A stretch of 64,000 nucleotides of DNA from Cyanidioschyzon merolae. Taxonomy: Eukaryota. Each line of letters starts with the position of its first letter. Position 1 is the first letter of the stretch. The stretch lies in the NCBI GenBank assembly GCA_000091205.1, contig AP006491.2. One strand, given 5' to 3'. Under the pieces are notes generated by a model. The model was not told where the DNA came from, made no database searches, and was given only the letters and a program-made list of their open reading frames with translations. Below, piece by piece: positions 44,915 to 54,783 of the stretch. A program made the position numbers and the translations under genes.

Positions 44915-46196
44915 AGTCGTTGCGGTATCTCCGAAAAGGAAGCAGACAGCGCCCAGATTCTGAACGGAAAACGAGTGACGCCGCTTAGTTTTTCCAGAGC
45001 TCATAATTCACGGGAGTCAGGTTCCATGGACAAGAGGAGTCATCCCCACAAATTGAATGACGGCATCAGGACCCGTTTTTGCGTGCCGAGCACCGTGCCG
45101 TGCAGAGGCGAATGCTCCGCACGCGGTTTTCAGAGCGTCCATGTGCGTGCGGACGACACTCAGCAAGCGAGCATGAGCATAATCATAAATATAAATAAGC
45201 TTGAGCACGAGCACGAGCACGAGCATAATTCTAAATATAGACATAAGCACGAGCATGAGCATGAGCATAATCATAAATATAAATAGAAACATAAGCACGA
45301 GCACGAGCATAATTCTAAATATAGACATAAGCATGAGCGTGAGCATGAGCATAATCATAAATATAAATAGAAACATAAGCACGAGCACGAGCACGAGCAA
45401 AAGCATGAGCATAATCATAAATATAAATAAGCTTGAGCACGAGCTTGAGCTTGCACTGAGGCCGCCAACGATTTCGGTTGAACGGCGGCAAGCAGCGTGC
45501 ACTCTCCTACTCTTTCACTGACTTGGCAACGTAACTGACCGATACTGCGCGTCGCGTGGTATGGTGGTGGTCGTGTATTGCGCGGCATGTTCTGTAGCAC
45601 GCAATGGTTGCCCGCCTGCTCGCTCGATGGAGGCGCGCAACAAGTGGAGGCACCGATTCTGCTCGATTCTCGTCGATGCGCTCGGGACGGCATGTGTGCA
45701 CGACGAGCACGAGTACACGCTGGAAAATATAGAGAGGAAGAGTGTGGAACGTTGATGGGCGCACGAGGTCTTGTGCGGGAAGTTTATCGAACGTCAGATG
45801 CCGAGCCAATCGCAGGCGTGATGCTCGCTATGATGCATCTCCATGAGCAAGGAGGCACGCGAGCACCCTCTGCACCACCGAGACGTCAACGCCTCGAAAC
45901 AAGTCTGGAAATGTCTCGCGCTTGGGGACCATCCAACGACTGTGTGCTCGATGGAGCCTCCTGAGGGAGTCACTCTGCGCGCAGTGCGAGATTTGTGGTG
46001 AAACGCTGAGGAGCTCTGATGAACAAGTCCGTGACCTGGAGAAAGGAGTTTTTTGATTCTCGCCTGGAGCAGAGCGGTAGTATTGAACTGTGCAGGAATG
46101 CAGAGAGCTCGGTATACCGCATATTCAAGACCGGAACGGTTCTCCTGGGCAATTGTCGAAAGATAATGGTGGTCTGTTTGTCGATATCACCGAGTA
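44915..46196. repeat. Dispersed repeat family B, copy 2 (~1.28 kb), with the minisatellite expanded (~45170..45455, ~5 units of ~55-60 bp).
   Basis: Same evidence as copy 1. The extra ~174 bp relative to copy 1 lies entirely in the AT-rich/(CACGAG)n tandem array. Confidence 0.85.
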
Positions 46197-47222
46197 TAGC
46201 CTTATACCATTCGTGGACGCTGACTAGATCCATTCCTCACTTACCATAAACAATACCTGCCCAAGTCCAGCAGTATTCCATGCCACCTGCGGCGCGTTGA
46301 ACCACAAGATACGCGGCATTTGGCGTCGTGTCAACAATCGTGCGCCCACAGAGAGCTGATTTCGACCTCTCCAATGTTTCGGAGCGGTGCCGATGCCGGA
46401 GCAGATGACAGCGCTCTCGGCTGCGGTGCTTGTCCACAAGGCATCACCCTGGCACTCTTCCTGGTACGCGTGATCCGAATAGAAGGCTACAAAGGATCAA
46501 ATGCGCTGGCGATGTTCTGCATTGCTTCCTGTCCACCTGCGTTCGATGCAGCGAAAAGTGCAGAAGCGCATCGCGCTGTCACTACGTTCGGTGCATTCGC
46601 CTGTATCCGGACACATGGGCACAAGATTTCGTCTGATGGTGGATATTTCGCAAATATCGATACATGCGTTCATGAGTGGTTTGCGAGCTCACCGCGCACG
46701 CATTCGCTAGCGGACTTTGCGGTGTTCACACGCAAGAAGCGCCCTGAGTGTCAAACATGCACGTACTGAACGCGATCTCAGGGTGCTCTCTAAGCGTACA
46801 CAAATGATCATCTTTGCGATCTTGTGACGGAATTGGGATGTTGACGCGGACGCCTGCCCTCTGGAGGCATCAAAACAGCGGTGCTCGTTTCATACAGGTA
46901 ATGATTGCAACAGAATAGCCCATACACCGTCGTAATTCCCACCTGCGGCTTTCACCGCGTAATAGGTTACAGATTCGAACAGCGAGATCGCCACTGCCTG
47001 GTATCGGTGCGGATTGAATGTTTTCAACAAGAGCGCACTCGCTGTTCGAGCTCCCGCGGAAAATCCTCGATCTGGATTCCGCGAAGTTGACCAAGCGCTT
47101 TGAGCGAATCGGCTGGAGACAAGCTCAAGTGCTCATTGATGAGCCCGTCTGCCTCTCTGTGGCACAAGATAACTGCACCGACAGCGTATCGTTCCGCGTA
47201 GGAGACTCTTTCCACGAAATAG

Positions 47223-49607
47223 ATGGTGCTTATTTCGTTCGTGCTCCACAGGCAGCGAACGACACGTCATGAGAAGAAACTGCAGCTGGATGAACGCCAG
47301 CGCTGCAGTCGGCGCGTATCGACCGCTGTCGTGGCCGGGCGCCGCTGCCTGCCGGCGCTGTGCGGCGCTGACGCGAAGATCGCTTTTCTTTCCGGTACTC
47401 AGGAGCACGACGTGGTGTGTGTTGGGTGGATGGGAGCTTCATGGACGCTCTGGCGGGCGGAATACCTGTCCGATAACCGACTTCACTTTGGATTTGTGCC
47501 TGTTGGCTTCCCTTGCCGTTCCCGGCAGCGATGCGTCGGGAAGAGTCTGCGCCAGTGCGGTGCTTTGCGAACGCGACAGCGGCTGCTGCAGCCGCCACCG
47601 CCGCTCGACTACACCAGCGTTGCTGCGCTGGTTCACTCTGTAAAGCAGCGGACTGTTCCCGGTAGACTGGAAACTGTTCTACAACCGGACGCTCGAACCC
47701 TTTACCTTGGCCTGAGAACGCTCGAGATCCCACGGGTGTGGTTGACACTGTCGTGGCACCCGCAGCTCGCGCGTCTAACTGCGGTTCCGGAGCGCAAGGG
47801 CTCCGGCAACCAGAACGACGCACTACGGTATGGTGTGCCCAAGGCGTTCCAAGCCGAGAGCATGCCGTATTCGGTGTCGAACGTGCTGCGCTCAAGAGAG
47901 TTCCGAGACTTGATTCTCTGCGATTGTCGCGCCCCACTTGCTTTTGAGCGCCTCGTGGAGTTCGACTTGGCACGACGACCTGGAGAAGAGCCCATTTTGC
48001 GCATAATTCTGGAACTTGTTGGAACTAGAAGCAACCTCGTTGTACTTGGTGGCATGGATCGACTGGGCGGTCGCGATTCTGGCGATATCCTCGCGTGCGG
48101 TTACCAGCTGGCTGAGGGCAAGAGTGATCGGCCGTTTCGAGTCGGCGATCGTTACGTGTATCCTGCAACAGTACAGGCGAGTTCATCACGTATGCCATCG
48201 GTTTATCGGGACGAGGAGCCGTGGCGCGAGCGACTTGTGGCGACTGCGAGCGGGGATCTCATCTGGCGGGGCCTCACGCGAGCCTTCGTCGGACTCAGTA
48301 GTGCACTGGCGCAGGATATGGTTTCCAGTGCGCTCGGGTCGGATGCACTCGAGCGTTGCACTGAAGAGCTTGAGGCGTCTGAGTGGCACGCGCTGTTTTC
48401 AAACTGGCTTGCGTGGTTAAGTGCGTTGGAGCGTCACGACTTTGCTCCTCATCGAAAAGTTGGCGGCGCTCTTGCAGAAAAAGCATCGGGCCGCACCTCT
48501 TACTCTATGGTGCGTTGGCCAAATGAGGCTCCGTTTGTTCCCACTGATGCGTCTGATCTCATCGCAGACCTGTTCGATCGCTATGAGGTTTGCGTCTACG
48601 CGGAATCTATGGGGAAACGACTGCGCCGAGAACTCGCCCCAAAGCTGAAGCGGGTGCGCAATGCTCTCGCCCAGTATACGAATCGACTCGCTGAAGCGGA
48701 GCACGCTGACCAGTTGCGGGCACGTGGAGACTTGCTCATGGCGTGGCAGCATCTGTGGCAACCTGGCGAGACCTCCCTGAGACCTCCGTCCGAGGCCGCA
48801 TCGGCGTTCGAGTCATGGAAGGGAGACGGCCTGAACGCGGTGTTGGAGATCGCTCCGGGGCGGACGCCCGTGGAAGAGGCTCAAGCGTGTTACCAGCGCA
48901 GTCGCAAACTGCGTCGGGCGGTGCAGGCGCTCGCTCCACTGGAACAGGCCGCGCGCAGAGAGCTTGAACACCTGGAACATTTAGAGTACATGATTTCCGT
49001 AGCGCTTGACTACGGGCAGGATCCAGACTTGGAGCTGCTTCAAGAAGTTTTCAATGAATTACACCTTGCGCAGGCACCAAAATCCGGCAAGTCTGTACCG
49101 TCCAAGCGTGGCTCGCCGACCCGTCGTGACGCAAAGGCTAAGGGCGCATCGAACGCCCGTCTGCTAGACCGTTGCATCCAGTTGCAAGCTGCAACCGAAG
49201 GTTCGAGAATCCTGTGTGGCAAGAGCCAGCACCAGAATGATTACTTGACATTTCGGGTTGCAACGGAGAGTGATCTGTGGTTCCATGCGCAGGGATGTGC
49301 GGGATCGCATTGTATTCTGCGAATGCCGCCCGGATTTGTAGCCTCCACGGACGATGTGCAGCTCGCCAGCGACGTCGCTGCCTACTTTAGCAAGGCACGA
49401 CTCCAAAAATCCGTGCCGGTCGTTTACACTCAGATCAAGTACGTGCGCAGAGCCGATGCCCCGGGTACTGTGAAATATGCAAATGAACGAGTCATTTTCG
49501 GTGAGCCGGATCGAGCTCGGGCGTTCGTGGAGGAACGCAGCGCCATTGAGTTGAGCTCTGCGAGCTCTTCAGCGTCCAGCGCTGTTGAGTCCGGAGACGA
49601 AACGTGA
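47223..49607 (+). CDS. Bacterial-type ribosome-quality-control protein (RqcH/FbpA/Tae2 family, NFACT-N plus coiled coil plus NFACT-R) with a ~140-aa N-terminal extension that may be an organellar transit peptide.
   Basis: ATG at 47223. The NFACT-N-like segment ...VPGRLETVLQPDARTLYLGLRT...LTLSWHPQLARLTAV...ILRIILELVGTRSNLVVLGG parallels FbpA GGRIQKIHQP...LLLSAHP..RIQLT...ELMGRHSNIIL. The C-terminal NFACT-R/DUF814 segment is WFHAQGCAGSHCILRMP...VAAYFSKA.... Confidence 0.6.
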   Translation: MVLISFVLHRQRTTRHEKKLQLDERQRCSRRVSTAVVAGRRCLPALCGADAKIAFLSGTQEHDVVCVGWMGASWTLWRAEYLSDNRLHFGFVPVGFPCRSRQRCVGKSLRQCGALRTRQRLLQPPPPLDYTSVAALVHSVKQRTVPGRLETVLQPDARTLYLGLRTLEIPRVWLTLSWHPQLARLTAVPERKGSGNQNDALRYGVPKAFQAESMPYSVSNVLRSREFRDLILCDCRAPLAFERLVEFDLARRPGEEPILRIILELVGTRSNLVVLGGMDRLGGRDSGDILACGYQLAEGKSDRPFRVGDRYVYPATVQASSSRMPSVYRDEEPWRERLVATASGDLIWRGLTRAFVGLSSALAQDMVSSALGSDALERCTEELEASEWHALFSNWLAWLSALERHDFAPHRKVGGALAEKASGRTSYSMVRWPNEAPFVPTDASDLIADLFDRYEVCVYAESMGKRLRRELAPKLKRVRNALAQYTNRLAEAEHADQLRARGDLLMAWQHLWQPGETSLRPPSEAASAFESWKGDGLNAVLEIAPGRTPVEEAQACYQRSRKLRRAVQALAPLEQAARRELEHLEHLEYMISVALDYGQDPDLELLQEVFNELHLAQAPKSGKSVPSKRGSPTRRDAKAKGASNARLLDRCIQLQAATEGSRILCGKSQHQNDYLTFRVATESDLWFHAQGCAGSHCILRMPPGFVASTDDVQLASDVAAYFSKARLQKSVPVVYTQIKYVRRADAPGTVKYANERVIFGEPDRARAFVEERSAIELSSASSSASSAVESGDET

Positions 49608-50898
49608 CCAGCGTAGCCAGATGCTTATCGTCAGGTCAGGAAAAGTGCATGTCGATGTGTGTCTGTTGAGAACCAGTGACTGGGCGTGGTATCGTGAGCT
49701 CAGCATGACCAACTCTTTCGGCAGATGCTGCACGAGGCGCATCGATACAAAAACTGTTCGGGTCCATCAGAAGCATAAGGAAGCTGACTGGCACTCTCCT
49801 TTTAGTGAATTCGTGGGAGACTGGGTGTCAAATGATCTCTGGGTGACCGTGGGACGTATCAGCGAGAAAGCACGTGACTTTGCCACTGGTTTCTCTGCTT
49901 CCAGCGTTCAACGCGGAACCCGCGAAAGGGTTTTATTTCGGATACCGCCGCATCTAGGCGTCAGCGGCTGCACGGATGTAATAGTCCCCCCGCCAGCGTC
50001 GTGCCCCATGCTTCGCACGCTTTGGCGCTGTGCTGAAATCCACGCTCTGTCGTTGCCCTTGTCGTTTGCGAAAAGCCCATCTATTGGACGAGGCCTGTTC
50101 ATCCTGGCAATGATGTTTCAGGAGCCAATCTTGATGTGCGGGTGCAGGAGCGCGCCGCCACTTCATGAAACGCGCCTGGCATGTCGACTGCGATGCACCG
50201 GCATCAGCGTAGCGAGATCGGCGATAGATATGCACGCTGGGGCACCCAGCGCGACATACCACCGACTGATGCAACACCAGCGCAGAGGTTACGAGTTTAA
50301 CGCAAAGCCCGGCACAGAAGACGTTCACTATGATACTCGGTACAGGGGGGGGGGCGCGTGCCTAAACCAACGAGTTTCCCCTCAGTGGTGCGACGCGCGC
50401 GTCTGGGGTCTCTTCACCGGAAGCGCATTGCCCCGCCTAAACCTGCCGTCCATCGTTCACGCAATGGATCAACCTGCCGTTCACGCATCACTGCCGCGAG
50501 CGCGTGCATCCATGCATGCAATCTGCTGTCCATCTTTTACCCCATCGATCAATATCGCCGTGCACGCATGCGTCGTCGCTTTGCATCACCGGGCGCGCGC
50601 ACGAAGCAGATGCTCCAAATGTGCATCATCTTCGATCGATGCGTGTGCATTGTGCGGACACGTTGCGTAGATCGCGATCGGCAGCGCGCGGCTGCGGCTG
50701 CGGCTGCGGCTGCGGCTGCGGCGGCCGTGCGGAGATACGGCGGTATCCAGGCTGGCGCAGCGTGTCTGCGTGTGCGAAACGCGCACCATCCCGAGGCGAA
50801 CTGTCAGACAAACGCGGTGACGTCGACTCAAGGAACCGGGCTGTGAGTATAGCGCTCTTTTGTGCTCTGGTATAGTAGGCGCAGACTTGGCTTAGCGA

Positions 50899-52509
50899 AT
50901 GCGTGAGCGCCTCCCCAGTCCAGGCCGTTCGGGAACGCCTGCGCTGCAGTCTACGCGTGGGCACGATTCGCTGCAGCGGCTGCGCGTTCGGCCGGCGAGT
51001 TTTTCACAAACTAGCAGTGCAGCCGACGTACCAACTAGTCCTTTAGTGCTACCACCACTCGTTGGTGGCATGCAGCAAGGTGTTTCGGATTTTGGAAGAG
51101 CCTCAACTGGTCGGGGCCCTCTGTCTAGTGACGCGCCGCCTCCAAGCAATCGAACCGTCGGAATAGGCGGATCCGAAGGGGTACAGAAAGGCGATGACGA
51201 GGGCCAGGACGGCTTTTTCATAGGTAACAACCTGTTTCTCGCAAAAGGCCTCACAACAGCCGCCGCTTTGGCGGACGAACAACTGACGGGCGCGGCGCCT
51301 AGCCGGCTGGGCCCCAGCGGAAACGGCGAAAATAACCCACTGACGCTGAGACGAACGCTTTCCTGTATAGAGATAGACCCGTTTGGAAAAGCACAAGTAC
51401 GCGTTTACACTCGAGAGGAACTCATTCGAGAGCTGCGTTCAGAGTCCGTTACCGGGAACACTGCGGTCGACGTGGTCGAGCTTGCCTTCATCCGAGGCGA
51501 TGCCCGCGAAGAGTCGCAAATGTCTGGCGCGCTGGATCTGGCGCCGGTGACTGGTGGAAATCGACGCACCAAGTCATCAAAATCGAAGAAGAGGACCAAG
51601 TACGGCCCGATCCAGTCTCGCGATCTACGGTTGTTGGACCCGGCGTTCAGTGTGGAGCCGGCCTTGCATGTACGCGATCACGTCATTCTCGCGGTTTTCG
51701 ATAATCATATCCGAGCTGCAATCCAGTCGCATCGCCTGTTTATTTTTGATCACGAGTCCAAAAGAGCGCGACGGGCTACTGAGTTCGTTGTGCAACGACT
51801 CTCCCGAGTGTCAGCCGAGGAGGCGGTGCCCTTTGAGTTCGTTGCGCTGGAGGCGCTTCTCATGGCCACTTGTGCGGACATAGAATGGATGATGAGAAAC
51901 GTGGAGCCATTAATTGAGCGTGAACTAGGAGTTCTTTCAAGAGATCTGCGACGGAGTAATATCGAACGGCTCCGGGTCGATGAGCGCAGGCTCTCTCTTC
52001 TGCTTTCCCGAGCGCGGAATTTCGAGCACCTGCTCGAGGACATCCTCGACGAGGACGAGGACATGAGCCACATGTACTTGACCGAAATGCGTTACCATCC
52101 GGAAAAGTATCGTCTTCCTACCGATCACGAAGATGTGGAGCTGTTGCTCGAGAACGCGCTGCAGACGGTGCAGAGTCAGGTTCGTCGATTGGAGCTGCTC
52201 GATGCCGGCATCAATAACCTTGAGGAGATTCTGGAAATCAAACTGGATATATCTCAGAATCGCATCTGGTCGTTTAATATTTTCGTGCACCTTTGCGTGG
52301 CGACATTCTTCTTAGCTGCAATACCTGCTGATTTTTTCGGAATGAACTTGCAAATACCGCCTGACAAGGATCCGAATGTATTCTGGCCGTGGTTGCTGGT
52401 TTTTGGATTGAATATGGGCTTGGCGGTGGCCTTCTTTTCGCTTGCCATGCTGTTTCTTAAGCGACGACGATTGCTCTTTGGTCTCTTTAAGCGCCATCCG
52501 AGTGACTAG
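50899..52509 (+). CDS. Mrs2/CorA-family Mg2+ transporter, paralog 1 (GMN type).
   Basis: ATG at 50899. Two C-terminal TM helices flank the signature FFGMNLQ (VHLCVATFFLAAIPADFFGMNLQIPP...LLVFGLNMGLAVAFFSLAMLFL). The upstream helical domain carries the DEDMSHMYLTEMR block shared with the neighbouring paralog. Confidence 0.75.
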   Translation: MRERLPSPGRSGTPALQSTRGHDSLQRLRVRPASFSQTSSAADVPTSPLVLPPLVGGMQQGVSDFGRASTGRGPLSSDAPPPSNRTVGIGGSEGVQKGDDEGQDGFFIGNNLFLAKGLTTAAALADEQLTGAAPSRLGPSGNGENNPLTLRRTLSCIEIDPFGKAQVRVYTREELIRELRSESVTGNTAVDVVELAFIRGDAREESQMSGALDLAPVTGGNRRTKSSKSKKRTKYGPIQSRDLRLLDPAFSVEPALHVRDHVILAVFDNHIRAAIQSHRLFIFDHESKRARRATEFVVQRLSRVSAEEAVPFEFVALEALLMATCADIEWMMRNVEPLIERELGVLSRDLRRSNIERLRVDERRLSLLLSRARNFEHLLEDILDEDEDMSHMYLTEMRYHPEKYRLPTDHEDVELLLENALQTVQSQVRRLELLDAGINNLEEILEIKLDISQNRIWSFNIFVHLCVATFFLAAIPADFFGMNLQIPPDKDPNVFWPWLLVFGLNMGLAVAFFSLAMLFLKRRRLLFGLFKRHPSD

Positions 52510-52668
52510 GGTACTGGCACGAGACATGCGCCAGCACCAGACCTCTGCGGGACAACGCGTGGTACCGCAAGACGCGCGACCGTTGCCGTGCTCGGGCGCT
52601 CTCGTCGACGTTAATCGGCGGATTCGTGGTGATGCTTCCCGAAGGACGCAGTTGATCTCGCTGAAACT

Positions 52669-54783
52669 TCATACGGTAAGGATACCAACCCGCCGCGCCC
52701 ACCAAAACATACACAGAATCGTGAGCGGCACCGTGAATGCCGTGATTGCCACAAAGCCGATGAACCACGAAGCATTGGTGCCGTAGATCGGCAGTTGCAG
52801 ATTCATGCTAAAGAATCGATTCACAACACCAGCGCCAGCGAAGACACAGGTCAGGACGGTCATTAACACACTGATGCGCAAAAGGCGATTTCGCATCGAG
52901 TCCAGTTGCAGATCCACTAAACCCTCGGTATCATCGATGGTGGCACCGAGGAGCCGTGCTCGGCCCGCCAGATAGTCCAGCACCCGCAGGTACGACTCGA
53001 GCAGCTCCTCCACCTGTGTGTGGGCTTTTGTCGGGCGCTCAGTGTCGGGGTGCTTCCGCATTTCGGTTAAATACATTCGAGCCATATCTTCGTCCTCGCT
53101 GAGCAGGTCTTGGAGCGCGTCTCGCACTCCGTCTACTCGAGATGAAAAGTTGCTCAACATTTGCTTCAAATAGAGCATTTCTTCCAGCTTCCTGCCGCTG
53201 ATCTTGTGTGTCAACTCATTCAGGAGGCGCGTGAGACTCGGCTCGATACACGCGAGATCTCGTTCGAGTGCGACGCACACCTCGATCAAAACGGATTCCA
53301 GCGCGTGAAGTTCAAAGGGAATCTCCTGTTCCTCATCACTCTGGGCAGCGATGAGCCGCTCTTCGATGGATCGGGCACTCTGACGCACACTCTGATCATT
53401 GGGATTGAAGAGCAACATATGATCAGCGAAAATGACGGCGCGCAGATGCGCAAGACTCACAATGATCACATGTCGCCGTACGAGAATAACGGGCCGCGGT
53501 TTTGTGGTCGGATGGATTTGTCTCAGGTCGCGGCTTTGAAGGATACCACGCAGCTCAGCCTGGAGCTTTCTGCGTTCCTTCTTGCGCTGTCGCCATACCG
53601 CGTGATGAAGCGTCTCTTCGGACTGGGAGTCTGCTGGAATGCAGTTGGCGCTGCTCGGTGCACGGATCTGATCGTTCGCCCGCGCTGCCGCCAGAATCTC
53701 TGTTGTGGTGATTTTCTCAACCGTGGCATGTCCGTTAAACCCAAACCGGAAACAAAGCAATGTGTTCAGGGCGCGTTTTGGTTTCTTTTGCTCGGCAGGA
53801 GTGTGTTGTCCAAATCCGGCGTATGGTGTTGTCGCGATGGGTTCCGGCGCCTGGCCCCGAGCACGCCCGCTAGGGCGCAACGTCGGTGGCTGCGGAAACT
53901 CCTCATCGTGGCTGTCGCGGTGCTCAGGAGACACGTTTTCCGCACTCGAGGGCAGCGCGCCTTGTCTACGCTCACTTACAGGCGAATCCTCCGCACGGCC
54001 AGAATCTCTGTACAAGTCCCGCTCGTTCGTTGTAAGCGCTCCGTGCAGGTTCGTCTCGTGTTCGGGTCCGGAACTACTGCTAGGTTCAGCGTTGTCTGGG
54101 CGTTCGCGTGTGTGCAAGCTATCCGGGGTCGCGCGTTGCGTCGCACGCTGCAACAAAAGTTGGTTGCGAATCGACTGCTGAAAGAGTTCCAGAGTCTGGT
54201 TTCGAGATCGGAGGCCCTCGAGCGCACCGCTCGAAAGAGAACGTCGGAAATTCGTTTCCTTCGACGAGTACAGTCCCGACTCTGGAGCAGGCTCGAAAGG
54301 TTCCGCGGCAACTGGTGGCGGGCCAGTCTCGAGCAGGGGCGAAGAACCCGCCACCGCCACCGTCACCGCGGACTCCCGAGCGTTCGCCTCGCTCTCGGAG
54401 CAAGGTGGCGCCGGGTGCAAAATCGTCTCATCGTCCAGGCCTTCAGAAGCGTTTAGCGGTAGAATGGGAACTCCACCGTCGCTTTCAGAGTCTGACGCTT
54501 CCATGTTGCCGAGGCGCGAGCAGCGTGTGCCCGAATGCCAACCTCGATGCGCCAGCAGCCTTGCATAGCCGCATTTGGAGCAGGGGCAATGGAGCGGGCG
54601 CGAGGGCCGGGCATGTAGACGAAGCTGCATATTTTGGGACTCTGTGGACAGGGTAGCATACAGCTGATCGTTCTGCTGCGGCACGACAGCGTTGCTGGAC
54701 TTGTGAGCACTGGGCCTTAGGCAAACAGCGCTATGCGCATGCACGTGGGTGCACAGCACCGCAAACCCATGAAAAGACTCCAT
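52669..54783 (-). CDS. Mrs2/CorA-family transporter, paralog 2, with the signature altered to SMN.
   Basis: ATG at 54783. C-terminal ...LMTVLTCVFAGAGVVNRFFSMNLQLPIYGTNASWFIGFVAITAFTVPLTIL. It is co-linear with paralog 1 (DEDMARMYLTEMR; LHALESVLIEV ~ FVALEALLMAT). The Ser codon AGC was read directly on the minus strand at ~52805..52807. The true start may be an internal ATG, since the N-terminus is low complexity. Confidence 0.65.
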   Translation of the reverse strand: MESFHGFAVLCTHVHAHSAVCLRPSAHKSSNAVVPQQNDQLYATLSTESQNMQLRLHARPSRPLHCPCSKCGYARLLAHRGWHSGTRCSRLGNMEASDSESDGGVPILPLNASEGLDDETILHPAPPCSESEANARESAVTVAVAGSSPLLETGPPPVAAEPFEPAPESGLYSSKETNFRRSLSSGALEGLRSRNQTLELFQQSIRNQLLLQRATQRATPDSLHTRERPDNAEPSSSSGPEHETNLHGALTTNERDLYRDSGRAEDSPVSERRQGALPSSAENVSPEHRDSHDEEFPQPPTLRPSGRARGQAPEPIATTPYAGFGQHTPAEQKKPKRALNTLLCFRFGFNGHATVEKITTTEILAAARANDQIRAPSSANCIPADSQSEETLHHAVWRQRKKERRKLQAELRGILQSRDLRQIHPTTKPRPVILVRRHVIIVSLAHLRAVIFADHMLLFNPNDQSVRQSARSIEERLIAAQSDEEQEIPFELHALESVLIEVCVALERDLACIEPSLTRLLNELTHKISGRKLEEMLYLKQMLSNFSSRVDGVRDALQDLLSEDEDMARMYLTEMRKHPDTERPTKAHTQVEELLESYLRVLDYLAGRARLLGATIDDTEGLVDLQLDSMRNRLLRISVLMTVLTCVFAGAGVVNRFFSMNLQLPIYGTNASWFIGFVAITAFTVPLTILCMFWWARRVGILTV

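Noticed and set aside
29030-45455. Whether the regularly spaced tandem units in repeat B could be a CRISPR-like array.
   Set aside because: This is a eukaryotic nuclear sequence. The units are imperfect, AT-rich/(CACGAG)n minisatellite units with no unique spacers. The call is minisatellite.
44870-45502. 'Histidine-rich' (HEHEHEHNHKYK) ORF 44870..45286+ and the Leu-rich ORF 45017..45502-; also 28825..29106+ and 28867..29178-.
   Set aside because: Both are translations of the repeat-B minisatellite on opposite strands. The periodic low-complexity protein is a by-product of the tandem DNA repeat, not evidence of a gene.
49585-50670. 361-aa ORF between the RqcH-like gene and Mrs2 paralog 1.
   Set aside because: It is Cys/Arg/His-rich with no motifs. 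It contains a G9 homopolymer (~50341) and a (GCGGCT)6 microsatellite (~50690..50730) and looks like intergenic GC-rich sequence. It is competed by similar ORFs on the other strand (49954..50328-, 50626..50964-).
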